DNA of 64,000 nt from Marsupella aquatica (Eukaryota; Plantae; Marchantiophyta). A model generated the notes under the pieces. It ran no database searches. It was not told the origin of the DNA and was given only the letters and a program-made list of their open reading frames with translations. Of the stretch, positions 1 to 12,900 are shown piece after piece (within the stretch, counting starts at the first letter, position 1; every line of letters starts with the position of its first letter). The position numbers and the translations under genes are program-made. The DNA lies in the NCBI GenBank assembly GCA_973895155.1, contig OZ316893.1, positions 21,126,955 to 21,190,954 of the forward strand, in the 5' to 3' direction.

Positions 1-3000
1 GCTCTTGGACTGGAGTTTTCTGTGTCAAAGGCAAGAAGTTTGCCACTCCCCGCTCGCTTTTCTCATGGCATTTCTTCCTGTCGTCTCAAGTTTTCTTTTA
101 TTGTCTAACTGATTGAAATCCCGTGCTACTAGTTTTTGCAATATAGCATGGTCCATTGATCTCATGTGCCAGTCCTATTACTGCGTTTTTGTCTACTGTC
201 GTTTCATTGCGGACTGCCCAATTATATTAGTAGATGAAATTTCGTGAGGCACACCGTGATGCGCTTGAATGGACTTCCTCTGAATGTCCGTTGTTTCTTT
301 GAACAGTTACGTGCTGTTCGATCTGTTGCAATTTTGGGTGGATTAATGCAAATTCTACTTTTCATGGGCCTATGTGGCTTGATTGCTATGGTAGGTTGAG
401 ATGACTTCTCTACTTTAACTCCCGCGCCTTGTAAGATCAAAGAAGATTATAGGGGAAGGATTTCAAATGCAAACGGATATCAGTTTTGAAGTGTGGAATT
501 AACAGCATCCTATGTTCCTCATAATACTGCAGATATTCCGTCCATGTTTTCTCCTACCGTGATTGGATTCTGAGTACGTTACAATCCTATGCAGGTTTGT
601 GGAGCCAAGATATCTGAAGGTGTATTTGTTGGTGCCTTTTTATCCATGTCTTCAACAGCTGTGGTAGGTCGTCTCATCTAGGATCCTCTGTCTAAGCTAT
701 GTCCAATGTTTTCCTCATACCATAGTCGACGGCATGGATGGTATTCGTGTTGCTCGTCTTATCATACTTCTACTTCATTAAAAGGTATATTACATGGTGT
801 CTCTTGTCATTTACTTTCCTGGATATGGCTTTTAAGAACCGTGTGCCACGCCGCATTAGCGGATTCCTAGGCAAGTAAGCAGTGCATTTTTTTCCTAGAG
901 GGACCCAAACTCATGAAGCGGGTGTTGTTGGATATTACCCCAGGTGGATTCTTCTCTTGCCCTGCGAGTTCTATAGCTGTGGTATCCTGTTTATATTTCT
1001 GAGCTTTTGAAAGGTTTGTCCGCAATAAGATTCTGTTTGATGGTGGATATGTACAGGTCTTGAAGTTTATTGGGGATAAGAATACTATGAATGCCACCCC
1101 CGGTCAAGTTATAGTCGGCACTCTTATACTTCAGGTCTGTTTTTAATTGCTTGTTATCTTTCTTTCGTCCATTGCTAGCTTTTATACTGCCAAGAAGTCT
1201 TTTGATCTTGAGGCCACACAGATGACATGAACCTCTTCCTAATTGGGATGGCAAAACCTGTCTGAATGTTCTGGATGGCCTACTGTATCAGCACAAGTAC
1301 AGCTTCATGGTTAGAAACTTGATGGCACGTGTTCGTCTTTGAGCTCGACTGACTTTAATCGCTTGCAGGATTGTGCTGTTGGGCTGCTTTTTGCTCTTCT
1401 ACCTGTGCTTGCAGGCGAGAATGGAGTACTACAAGGCCTCATTTCCATGTCCAAAGAGTGAGTGTTGACCGACTGATCTCTTTGATTTGTACCTTCGACA
1501 CTGGAGTGGAGTGTCTTGTTTAGCATAATTTCACTGCCTAGCAGACGAGACCCAAGTCAAACAACAAAGTGGAATTCAATGTGCAGGCTGTTCGTACTAG
1601 TTGTCTTCGTTGTCGTTGCAGTTGTGGTGGCCAAAACGTTTGTTCCACGATTTCTCAAGATGATGATGAGGTTATCTGCCCAAGTAAGGATCAATGATGT
1701 CTGCATTTGGTTTCCCACTAAAACTATGCAAAGTAGTTGAATAATCAAGATTACATGTACCGGTCTACTTACGAGGCATCAATTTTCTGTTCAAATCAGA
1801 AGCATTCACTTGTAGGTGCCAAATGGGTGTGTACGTCTAGCTTAATGCTAGCTGTTAAAGCCTACTTCGAGTCTAAAGTTTTGTGAATGTATAAATTGAA
1901 TCGGTTCCAAAGTAATTTTTTTCTCTTTTTGTAACTTCGATTAAACTCCATTCGTCAGAGACGGGGAACATTGTTACTATTTTGTTTTGGTGGGTAAACT
2001 TGGTCGAAGCCTCTTGGACACTAAAGCATCAGTAACAGAAGTTCTATTAACTCGTATTCATTTACGGCAGGCGACTAACAATGAGTACAATTTTTCTGGT
2101 CAGTGCCTTTCAAAGAACGAAGTCATTTATTGACCATCTTGCTATTGAAACTGCAGACGAATGAACTTTACCAACTGGCGGCGGTCGCGTTTTGTCTTCT
2201 TGTTGCATGGGTAAGCTCAGCTGTTTAGAACAGCGATAGTCGTTAGGTGTTGTTCATGTCAGACATTCAACATCATGTTGTACCCACTGTTTGCAGCTCA
2301 GGAGAACTCTTTCTAGAATGCCTCCAAAGTTTGCTGATATTTTCACTTCGCATCGCAGTGCAGTGACAGGTTGGGGCTCAGCCTCGAGCTAGGTGCATTT
2401 GTTGCTGGTGTCATGATATCTTCCACCGACTTGGCGCAGCACACCCTTGAACAGGTAATGATTTCAATGCTGGAAGACAGGGAATTGAATATTGAAACTG
2501 GATAGCATCCATGAAAAGAAATAGATTCTGTAAAACGTGACTATTAAATTCCAACCGGAAACTGATGAGCTCTAACCAGAGTGCATTGTCTGTCAAATGT
2601 ATGGGATCCTTCATTCCCTCTCAGGTGGAACCAATTCGTAATCTGTTCACAGCCCTTTTTCTTTCAAGTATCGGCATGCTGATAAACCTCCACTTTTTGT
2701 GGAACCACATGGATATTCTTTTGGCATCCTTGATTCTCATTATCACAGCGAAGACAACAGTTGTCACTTTGGTTGTCAGGGCCTTTGGTTACAGTACACA
2801 GACGTCGTTCTTTGTAAGTTCCTTCAAATCCATCCATTGCCTTTACGTCCATGACCAACCCAGTGCATTGGTCAATATCATGGAACAGTGTATCAAGAAT
2901 GCTATCTCCTGTGTTCTTTCAAATTATGCGTTCTAAATATGTTTCAGCATGAATGAGCGTGTATAGCAATGTACAACTCGGTACCTGTGAGGGTAAGGAG

Positions 3001-4036
3001 CACATCATTCGAAGAATTACTGTCTTTGTAGGTAAAATTATCATCATTTTGGTCATTTTAACTGATTAGAATTGGCAATAGTTTGTTAAGCTCATGACTC
3101 CTGTGATTTTCTGTAGGTTGGCCTCTCTCTGGCTCAAATTGGAGAGTTTGCTTTTGTGTTGCTCAGCCGAGCTTCAAATCTCAAGCTTGTACAGGTCAGA
3201 CGCGGGTTATTTAGACTTTTTTGTGTTACATGCATGTTTTTCTGCTACGGCGGTGCGTTGTAGATCTTTTTGGCTGACGTTACAATTCTCGCCATAGATA
3301 TTGATAGCTGTCATCTCTAGAGGGCAGTAGGATCACCCGTCCTTGTTCAATTCGAATTCTAACTTTGTTGTGGTATGTTCAGAATAAGCTCTATCTGCTT
3401 CTGTTGGGCACCACAGCTCTGAGCTTGGTATATCTCCGGTTCCGTCTCTTCATTTACATTCTTTGAAAACTCGGCAATTCTCACCTTAGCAGAATACGTG
3501 CTCGACAAGTAACTGTCATTGCTCCTAAAAGACTTTTTGTTCAATGTAGTAACTCCCGTTGTCCTAGGGGAAAAATCTGCCAAATTCCTCAAGGAGTAGC
3601 TGTCAAAGATGGATTTGCTAAGAATATGAATTGATGAGGTTATGAAATAAATACAAAAATTATGGCTGTCTCAGATGTATAGTTGCTGGCAAGTAGCTGA
3701 ATTTTGCCTCCTGTACAATCAGTTGTACATTGATTCCTGACAAGTCTCATGTGATATGCTTCAGGTGACCACCCCTGTGCTTTTCAAAGCAATTCCTGTA
3801 GTCATGCAACTTGGAGCAGTTATGCGCTGGTTCCCCTCAGATGGAGAGGTAGGTTTGCTGGGTCGCCAAAATACGGTTTCTAGATACAATAGAATCTGAG
3901 CCATTCTTGACATTTCTTGACGATGAAATTGAATATTGGAGGGTCTTCTATTTGAATGGGTCTGAACGGCCCTGGTTTGCAGGTGGTTCGTAGACAAGAG
4001 AATCATCAGGCTGCCAACAGACAATCACTACTGTGA
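1..4036 (+). CDS. KEA5: K+ efflux antiporter, KEA4/5/6 clade (CPA2 family), 3' portion; starts upstream of the window
   Basis: Exons read by hand: <1-30, 307-390, 595-663, 1057-1134, 1369-1457, 1587-1683, 2157-2210, 2359-2454, 2625-2813, 3117-3194, 3383-3427, 3765-3848, 3983-4036 (TGA). They splice in frame to ALGLEFS, GVFVGAFLSMSSTAVV, GTLILQDCAVGLLFALLPVL, TNELYQLAAVAFCL, LGLSLELGAFVAGVMIS, VEPIRNLF, LAQIGEFAFVLLSRAS and LLGTTALSLVTTP, which are characteristic of plant KEA4/5/6. The paralog number cannot be resolved. Confidence 0.95.
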
Positions 4037-5049
4037 CGTGACAAATTGCAGCATGGTGATACTCTATGTTGGTCCATAGTCCTGTTGTCTTTTCTGAAGG
4101 GTGGTGGCAGCTTTTGACAACTACCTTTTTTTTCTCTTCCAAAGGGCCTCAGGAAATATGCATGGGGTCTATATCAAAGTGGAGCAAAGCTGTCAAGGAG
4201 AAGCAAGACAAGTGATCTCCCTGTCAACTAGAATTTTAGACTTGTAACAATATTTGATATCTTAATATAGTTTTCCAGTAACCCCCTGAAGTTCTGAGCT
4301 AGACTTCAGCTTACCACGTTGTTTCTCCCAGTTTTGATACATTTGTACTCAAGATCAGGTACCGTAGGACATTAGCAGGGGTCTTGTGTATTGTACCACA
4401 AACAAGTGGCATTTGTTGATCAGAATTACTCAGTAATTGGGGTGCTGGTCCATTGAATCACAAAAAAAGCGCAGTTATTGATCAAAAGTACTCACCCGGC
4501 AAGTTGCTGTGTTTCCTCACCGAGGTCATGGAACCTCCGTGCAGGACTGGGAGAACTGTGTCCAAGATTGTGCTGAATGGAATGCATGCCCATGTGTGAC
4601 TCCTTTCGACTGGAGCCACACTTCTCAAGCGTGAGGATGCGTAGGCTCGGGCTGCCTGACTCACATCCGGAGGGAAGGTTTTGTCTTTTAGCTGGCGACA
4701 GAAATAGTACAGTATTTTGCTTTGCTTTAAATTGGTGAAGCTTCAATTTGGCAATCAGAGCGCTTCACTGAAGATAATGTATTATCCATCAAAAGAATCT
4801 GATTTAAATTACGGGACCGTCTCAACTGTTCCACTTTTAAAACTTCTCAAGCACCACTCTCACTTTGGTATCTGCACAACAGTCCTCTGTGCCTCGAAAC
4901 TTGGTCGTCAATGAATCTTCACCTCACCTACTCCGATCGGTCAAATTGCACTGTGAGTGTTTGTGTCACATCTCCAGCGGACGCGGGATTTTACGGTAAT
5001 TATTTCAGGGAATGTGCGATTCTCAAAATCCGTTGGTCGAATTGTCCAG

Positions 5050-5358
5050 AATCCTATTTTCTAGTGCCATGCCTAAACCAACAGGATGCGAGTAATTCAC
5101 AAAGAAGCCTATGTTAGAACAAAGTAACTTCGCTGACTTTGCTTCTGACTCTCAAATTCTTGTTTCCAGTACCACAACACCAATGGAATGCAAGTAATTC
5201 ACAAGAAGTTCATGTAAGAACAAAGCAACTTCGCTAACTTTGCTTCTGACTCTCAAAATCCTGTTTTTCTAGTGTCATGCATAAACAGCACGGGATGCGA
5301 GGAATTCACAAAGAAGCCTATGTCAGAACAAAGCAACTTCGCTAACTTTACTTTTGAC
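5050..5358. repeat. Tandem repeat, ~105-bp unit, ~3 copies
   Basis: The block (G/A)ATGC..GTAATTCACAAAGAAG..TATGT.AGAACAAAG.AACTTCGCT.ACTTT.CTT.TGAC recurs at about 5085, 5187 and 5294. Confidence 0.85.
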
Positions 5359-6302
5359 CAAGTCGGAGGGTCACAAGTCAGTCTCGAGGAGCGCAATATG
5401 AGAGGGAGACCGATCGTTAGATACTGCAGGAATGTAGTGGAAACCCATGATTCATTCGACGAAAACAGTTGCTACACACGAGTGCTTGGAGAGTATGAAG
5501 CTTTGCTGCTTCTCATTGATTTGATTTTGAATATAATATACACATCGATTGCATGACAGACTGTCCATTTCACATATTAGGGGACAAAAGCAGGACAGGC
5601 AAACAATTTGGCCAATGATGACTTGCTAATGAATAATCTAAGGTCTCAGCGCAAATTATGAGCCCGTAATTGACGTGACAGCTTCTGTTTTCATATGTGC
5701 AAGATGGGTCGAAGCGTTGAGTTGCTACAATTGCCCTTGTGATAGGGACAGTCTAAAGAAGAGAAATTCCAATCTACAGGTCCGAGTGCCACAACGGGAG
5801 CTTCTCTTGGCCTCTCTGAGCATGAACGAGAGTGTTCTGAGTGACAGAATGAGATCAACCTGGCACCGCATAATTATCACAAAGTGCAGTCAACACGGAT
5901 CTGCTTCGTAGGAGGACTCGATTGTCTCTGCTGCTCCTTGTAGTCCGATTTGGTGCCTGCCCGCCGGCACACTTGTACAAGAGAAGCATCCTCCTCACAA
6001 AGAGGTAGCCGTCGCCTTTGCATCAACTTTTTCTCTGCTTGGGTCGAATGAACAGCAAATCCTCAAATATATCCCAACCTTTCGCTATAATTCACTAGTG
6101 AATGCATCCTCCTGAGAAAAGGATGCTGATTCACCTGGCCTTGCGGAAGGTACTGACGATTATCAATCTTGCATGTTTAGATTCGGCCGCCGCCGGCGAA
6201 ATAGCGCGACAGAGCTGAAGGTTGACGATCCATCAACCACACTCTTGCGGGTACCGTGAAAAAATTCTGAGCCCGGTGATAATCACGTTAAAACCTGGTC
6301 AA

Positions 6303-6662
6303 TCATTGAGCCGAACGCCCGGCGCAGTACCATGCGTGTTGTTGGCTGGTGAACCCGCCGGAACAACTCCATCCGCTCTGTTCCATTTGCATTCTTTGAG
6401 CAGAGAATCCAGCTGCCGCATCTGAAGTGCTATCTTCCACGGTTCCCAGCACCTCAGGACCTACCTCTGCCATCCGTTCTTGTTCCAAATCAAAGGTCGT
6501 TGTCGTCGTCGTCGTCGTCGTCGAACTAGTGTTCGTCGCCAGCGAGGTGGAATTTACTTTCGGTCTCAGCTCTCCCATACCTCTTATGCCGAACACTGTC
6601 ATGCTCTGAGCCGATAACAGCACGAGAATAACCATCACGGCCACGCCGCTTGGCCTCGCCAT
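6303..6662 (-). CDS. Small secreted protein or peptide precursor (~119 aa) with a C-terminal two-Cys motif
   Basis: Within ORF 6303-6743, the ATG at 6662 gives MARPSGVAVMVILVLLSAQSMTVFG (signal-peptide-like), a Thr-rich tract, an acidic spacer, and the C-terminal GWSCSGGFTSQQHAWYCAGRSAQ*. Family not recognised. Confidence 0.6.
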   Translation of the reverse strand: MARPSGVAVMVILVLLSAQSMTVFGIRGMGELRPKVNSTSLATNTSSTTTTTTTTTFDLEQERMAEVGPEVLGTVEDSTSDAAAGFSAQRMQMEQSGWSCSGGFTSQQHAWYCAGRSAQ

Positions 6663-9289
6663 GGACAACAGTCGAAAAATCACGGTCGCAGAAACTGTTG
6701 AACCTCTTCCTCTCGAAACTTTCTTCCGATTCGTCCTACCCACAGCGGTATTATTCCCCTCTTTCTAGCAAATTCAGGACCTGCCGGCTCCCCTTCTCTC
6801 GAGTTTCCGCAGTGCAAACTGGAATTCTGAAACTCTGAAACTCGACGTGACGGAGTTCAAATTCCCCAAATCTAAACTAACAAACAATTCTTCGAACGCT
6901 GATTGCGAGATACGTCTCACCCACACGGGAATTGATGTACTGCAGATTCGCCGAGCTCCTGTGATGGCTATGACTGAAGAAGAATTGGGAAGAGAGCTGG
7001 TAGCTAAGGAGACTACAACGGTTCCTGTGATAACGATGACTGAAGATGATTTGAAGAGAGGTGGAACGGAGCTTATAAGGGTGTGCTACAATTGTTTTAT
7101 AAATGTACAGGCGGGTCAAACGATTCAGGAAGGACACGAGCTGCCGGCCGGATGGATCGATGGACTCGGCCAGTCTATGGTAGCGTTTGATTGCGCGTTG
7201 ACGTCTTCTGCTTCTCCCTCCGGTTACAGTCGTCTTCCGAAACGCAAAACGACGAGGAGAGTTGCAAATTGGATGAGACCAGATCAGACTCTGATCGAGC
7301 TTTTCCGCCTTTCCCCGTGGCGAGATTATTCGCACCAACACGCGACGCGTGCCAGCCTCTAGATTGAGTCAACCACTTTGGCCACGAGTGCCTTTTGACA
7401 TACAGTACAGTCTATAGTATACAGTATACATGACCGTGCACGGTGAAGTGCATCTTCTGAGGAAGAAGGGTCGAGATGCACTAGGGCAGGTCACTGCACT
7501 GAATCACTGTGGTCTCTCTCTAGTGCACATTCCCGGGTGCACTTAGATGACCATTGTCCCCCACGCTGTGGTAGAGTAAAATAGTTAAAAAAACATTAGA
7601 GAAACATTTTGGACTAACCTGGATTCACCAGGCTTTGGTTAGGGGGATAGTGGTGCTTGAACGCGCATGGACCCTATCTAAAGTGACATTCTCATTACTT
7701 CCTTCCTAAATTGTACATCTATGCCCTAGACTATCCCCAACCTCACAAGTGCAGTTTTTTATTATATGTAAACATGACATTTGCTTATAACTGTAAACCA
7801 AAGGAATTGCCCAAGGAATTGTGTGCTTACCCAGAAGTGTTGGTATTTTCTCTATCATTGCTATATGGTTGACAAACAGTTTGCCTACAGTTTTCTTTAT
7901 GGACCCCATTAGAGGTCCCTTCCAAAATTTGAGACTCCACATCATGTCACATCATCATGGCATGCTGCAAAAAAAAACAAATTTATTTCCAAATTAAATA
8001 ACTTCTCCTTTTGTGGCAAGTTCTGGATAAAATTTAGGGTGTCATCTCATAAAACAAATTGTAATTCTATTTGACATAACCATTTTAGTTACTTTTTATT
8101 TTTATTAAGTTAAAACATAAAATAAGTAATAAATAGTTGAATATTTGTGACAATTAAAATGATTGTCATAATTAATAGTTGAATTTTTGCAACAATTAAA
8201 ATGGTTGCCAAAAGTATGGCGACCGTAACCAACTCTACATTTTGCACTAGGCAAGCGAAGTATTCTGAAAGCTCTTGGCCTATGAAGTCACCCTAGACAC
8301 AAGTAGCTCTACCAAAGTGGAACATTGAACATCGTGGAGATTGTCGAGACGCATGAATACAAACACATAGTGGAATCTGCAGCTTAAGACAGGGTCAATT
8401 GTAACAAAATATAATAAAGCAAAGACAGAAGATTGGAACTCAATAAAACTGCGCGTCAATTTGATCAAAAAGGAAACCAATTATGCTTCCTTTGAGGTGT
8501 GCATTGTAAGCCAAGGTTTCCCGGAGAATGGGTCACCTGCCATGTTCCGGACTCCATTGGTAATGTACGGCCCCCTGTTTCAGATTGAGTTCCAGTAAAA
8601 GGCCATTGGAGATTATGTATCCAAAAAAAATGACTACATTTCAATCTCAACATCCAAAACTACAAACACAAAAGAGATAGGGGTCCATGAACTAATTTAT
8701 TTAAGTGGAATGATCAGTCTGAGCTTTCAATAGCCAAAATGGCTGAGGAAGAACTGCATTACAAGGAACACTATGAGCCTGCAAAGTACATGTATACCAT
8801 AGTGGTATTCGATAAGAAGGTTGAAAACTTGAAATGGCTGACCCCAAACACAGTATGCACTATCCTACCACTTCCTGTATAAAGTTTGTATAAAGTTCTT
8901 TAGAGAACCCACAGTACTCATTTCACATACAATATTACAATACAAGCATAAATTTTTCTCATGTAGAGTGTCATCTCATTAGTTCATCATAGGAGGCATC
9001 TGAGAAGCATATCCTATTCTCATATATTTTTGTGTATCAATGTCATCTCATTAGTAAGTTCACCATAGGGTAAGATCTATGGCTAAAATCTTATCGTAAA
9101 ACTCCACAAAAAAACTCGTGTCAAAATAATTCATAGTTTTCAAGAAACATGTAAAGCCCCCAGATAAATATATATTATTATTTCATTTTAAATAATAATC
9201 AAATTTTATAATATATTCTAAAATTATAGTCAAACATTATTATAAGCAATCCTGCCAAAAAGAGGGGGATTGTCTATTTACAAAACAGC

Positions 9290-9920
9290 TTCTTACAGCT
9301 AGCCTATCCCCCAAACTGATTGTAATTATCAACCCTCTCCCCCAAACATCTTAACTCCTAACTAACTTGACCCCTATTTGAATATTGGTTACTAGCTCTA
9401 ACTCCTCTATCTAACCCAAGGTCATTCTGCATTGGTTGCCTGCCACCTGGCAAGGTGCTGTATGCCACGCGGAACCCTGACTGTTCTACCCTAACCTGGG
9501 CTGGTCCATTCCAATTTTTACAATTTAGGGCATACTGGGCTGGCTCGCTCTCATTCTGCTAAGGCAGCCATGTCTGACCCGGCCCAGACCCCGGCTTCCT
9601 CCCCGCCCAACTTACTCGCAAAGGTAGGCCTGACAACAGGGTCACCCCTTGCTTCCCTTTGCCGGCCAGGTACTCCCTAAATTGTCATAGCGGGAGTGAG
9701 TCGGACCGGGTTAGGGTAGAACTGGCCAGGGTCCCAGCCACAGTTTGGCATGGTGAACGCCTTGTCACACGGCAGGTGACCAATGCGGAACGACCTCAGG
9801 TTAAGTACAAAAGTTAGAGTATCCCATATTAAAAAAGGCAGTCAACTTAAGAATTAAAGTAGTTTGGGGGACAGGTTTATAATTACACTCATTTTGGGGG
9901 ATAGGTTAGTAAAAAGAAAA
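9290..9920. mobile_element. Foldback/MITE-like element with long, degenerate terminal inverted repeats
   Basis: The left arm from 9301 (AGCCTATCCCCCAAACTGATTGTAATTATCAACCCTCTCCCCCAAAC) matches the reverse complement of ~9862-9907. Complementarity continues inward (GGTCATTCTGCATTGG vs CCAATGCGGAACGACC; GTTCTACCCTAACC vs GGTTAGGGTAGAAC). No TSD resolved. Confidence 0.75.
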
Positions 9921-12900
9921 TTTCTAAAAAGCAAAAAAAGATGGAAGAAAATCCTATTGTTCACCAAAAAACCAGTTTTTCTGCACCATCAGATCCACCC
10001 ATATATTTCCCCTCCTGTTAAGTGGAGTGAGGCAATACATGGCAAATCATAATCAAATACTCGATCAATGCCTCACTTTTCAGTGGTAGGTTTTGATGCT
10101 GCTATATGGAGAATCCACCGTTCAGATTTTGTTTTATTCATATTTTCAGTCATATATTTTTATTTTAGTGTGCCTTTTCTAGGTGTATCATTTGTATTGT
10201 ACGTAGAGATTAGGAATGAATTTTGGGACCCATTCAATTTATTGCTGTCCTAGGGGATTTTGATTTCATTTTGACACCCCCCTTCACTTTCTGATCTTTG
10301 CTATCCTAAGCATATGCTTTACCACTAATTTTAAACTTCTACCAGTTGAGAGAAGAAGTTTTAATTGTTCTCATGAGTGAGAGATATGAATCTGAGCAGT
10401 GTGGACAACTAGTGTCATAATTAACTTCCCCCCATGATTCTTTTTCCTAAACTTATGGTTTTGATTGAATTGATTGTCCTTACCTCAGGCAAGTAAGTAT
10501 GTGTACCTTATGTGCACAACTGTTCAATACCTTTATTCCATAAAATTTGTACTTTTCCTGATCATTATGTGTATTTCTTTGCTTGTGCCCTACTTCTAAG
10601 CTTGTATCACACTCATTGTTAAAATATGCTCATTTTTGTGCATATACTATACTTCTACTATTGTATTTTGCTGTAAAAAAATTAGATCAAACACATATCA
10701 CTACAAGACAAAAAAAAAAACAAAGCATGTTCTAGGATGAACATGCTATATAGGAATTCTGCCTTTTTCCAAAATTGAATTTTAGATGTTGACTTTGTTC
10801 CACCCAACATTTCAGTAACCCTCTCGCACTAGCAATCCTTTGATAACTCCCTCACTGTTGAGTAAAAGAGCTTCCTGAGGGGTCTACCTCCATCTTTCTT
10901 AGTTTCTTAAGCCATTAGAGTGTCAGCCCCTGCTTGATAATCTCATGGCTTATCTTGATCCATCACAATTGACCCTAGCGATCAATTTGGAGAAGTGTTG
11001 TCACCTCGGCTGTCACCTGCTTATTGAACAATTTAGTTGCCCAAAGGTTATCCCATTTTGTCTACAAAGATTGTTTGTATCCTATTATGGAGACGTGGAC
11101 ACAATTTGGATTGTTTCACACGTAGAAATGAGTTTATATGTTTTTGCTCCCCAAAATGTAAATTTTGATCAAGTCTACTGACTACTCCACCCCACAGTTT
11201 TTGATCGAGTCCTACACACTACCCCACACATTCTCTCTTTCTCCCTGGTCTCCGCCTGGTCTACGGGTGAATGTTGTCACCATTCTCCCCTATCATCTAC
11301 ACAGCTCAGGACCCACCATGCAAAAATTATCAAGTATTAATAGTTAGTGAATTTTTTAGTCACAAAAATACACTACGGAACTAAAACTCAAACTATCAAT
11401 CACAAAAACAGGAATCACACAAATTTTTAACCATAAAGCCAAATCCATATGAATCTCTTGACAAAAAGACTGTGCACACTGCAAAGACAACCCTAAAACA
11501 AACAACCTCTTGCTCTCTATCTAAAGCATGCCTCCGTGGGACATAGTGCTACTTAATTCTTCTACCTCAGTACTTGGGGTGTGGTTGCTACTCTGTGTGA
11601 TTCTTACTGCCACAAATTCTAGAATGAGTTCACCCCTGCACCTATCGGGGGCTGCCTCTAAATACTGAAAAATATCCAAGCACCCTGCCAAGCACACCAC
11701 ACGGTGTGGCCACCCACCCCCTTGCAGCGTTGCTATATCTCAAAGCTGACCTAACCTAAACATGAAATACACACATGTGTCACCAACATATCCTATCCTA
11801 AGGGAGAGCATGGGTGCCTTCAAAGGTGCCCATTATCACTCTTCTAAACAGAGACTTGCTTGAGTTCATAGCTTCCTACCTACTCAAGTCATCTATCTAA
11901 CTAAATGGTCTGCCATGTCCACCACCCTTAATCCTCCAAGCTGCTGCCATCCATTTGTTAAAAAATGAGGGAGCCCCATCAATTGTTGAAAGCAAAATTT
12001 TCTCAAAATTCATTTCTGAGAAAATATCTAAATAGCCTTGCTTGACCTAATCTCAATAATAGCAACCCTAAAAATGGTTTGGAAAACAAACATCACACAT
12101 CCAAGATATGATCATCCAAGTTTTGAGTGAAATTGGGTTGTCATCCTTCATTTTGTCCGTACAACACAAGGATCCCCACCTTTGCTGTTGCCTCCTCTTA
12201 GGAAAACTGGGACTCCCTCCCCCAAATGATGTATGGACGTCTGTACGGTCCAAAATACGTGACTCCCTCAAAAAACTTAACTAACCATATCTTGAACCCT
12301 TATCTCTATTCTGGATGTGTCACACCTTGTTGCATTCAGCTTGATGAGCTCTTCCCAAAAATCTTGTAAAGAGATGATTCTAAGCTGATTGCAAAATCAA
12401 TGTTCACACGACCAAAGTTTGTACATGCGATAGACTACTCACCATCACTAGACCCCATGTCCGAAGAGTTATCCAGGGTGGTGGCATCCTCACTAGCCTC
12501 CTATGGTAACAAAGAAAATAGAGGGAACAAAGGAAAACAAGGGAAATAAAACTAAAATGGAACATTAAAGGGAAAAAGTATGGAAACGCCTTTCCCGGGT
12601 ATGAGGAAGGAGGAAAATGTGGGAGCCTCGCATAGTATGAAAGGAACTGGAAAGCCAAATGTGGGAACCCCTCAAAGTGTGAAAGAGGGAAATGGAGCAC
12701 AAATGTGAGAACCCCTAACTGCCTTCTTAGGGCCATCCCACCAACACTACTACTAGGGTGCCTAGTCTTGCCATTTAAGTGGCACTGAAATTCCTTGGAT
12801 GATGCAGGTTAATACAGAGCTAAACTCAACCAAGGGACCCCAGTTTTGCAAGGGGCTTGTTCAGGGCTTCAAAATGACTCCAAACATGATTGTGTTTAGA

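Noticed and set aside
4482-4746. Minus-strand ORFs downstream of KEA as further exons of the secreted-protein gene
   Set aside because: The upstream ORF already ends at 6303, and these peptides show no recognisable features.
6847-7362. Overlapping 171-aa (+) and 154-aa (-) ORFs as genes
   Set aside because: Non-ATG starts and no recognisable motif. They lie in the probable leader/promoter of the secreted-protein gene. Unsupported, though not excluded.
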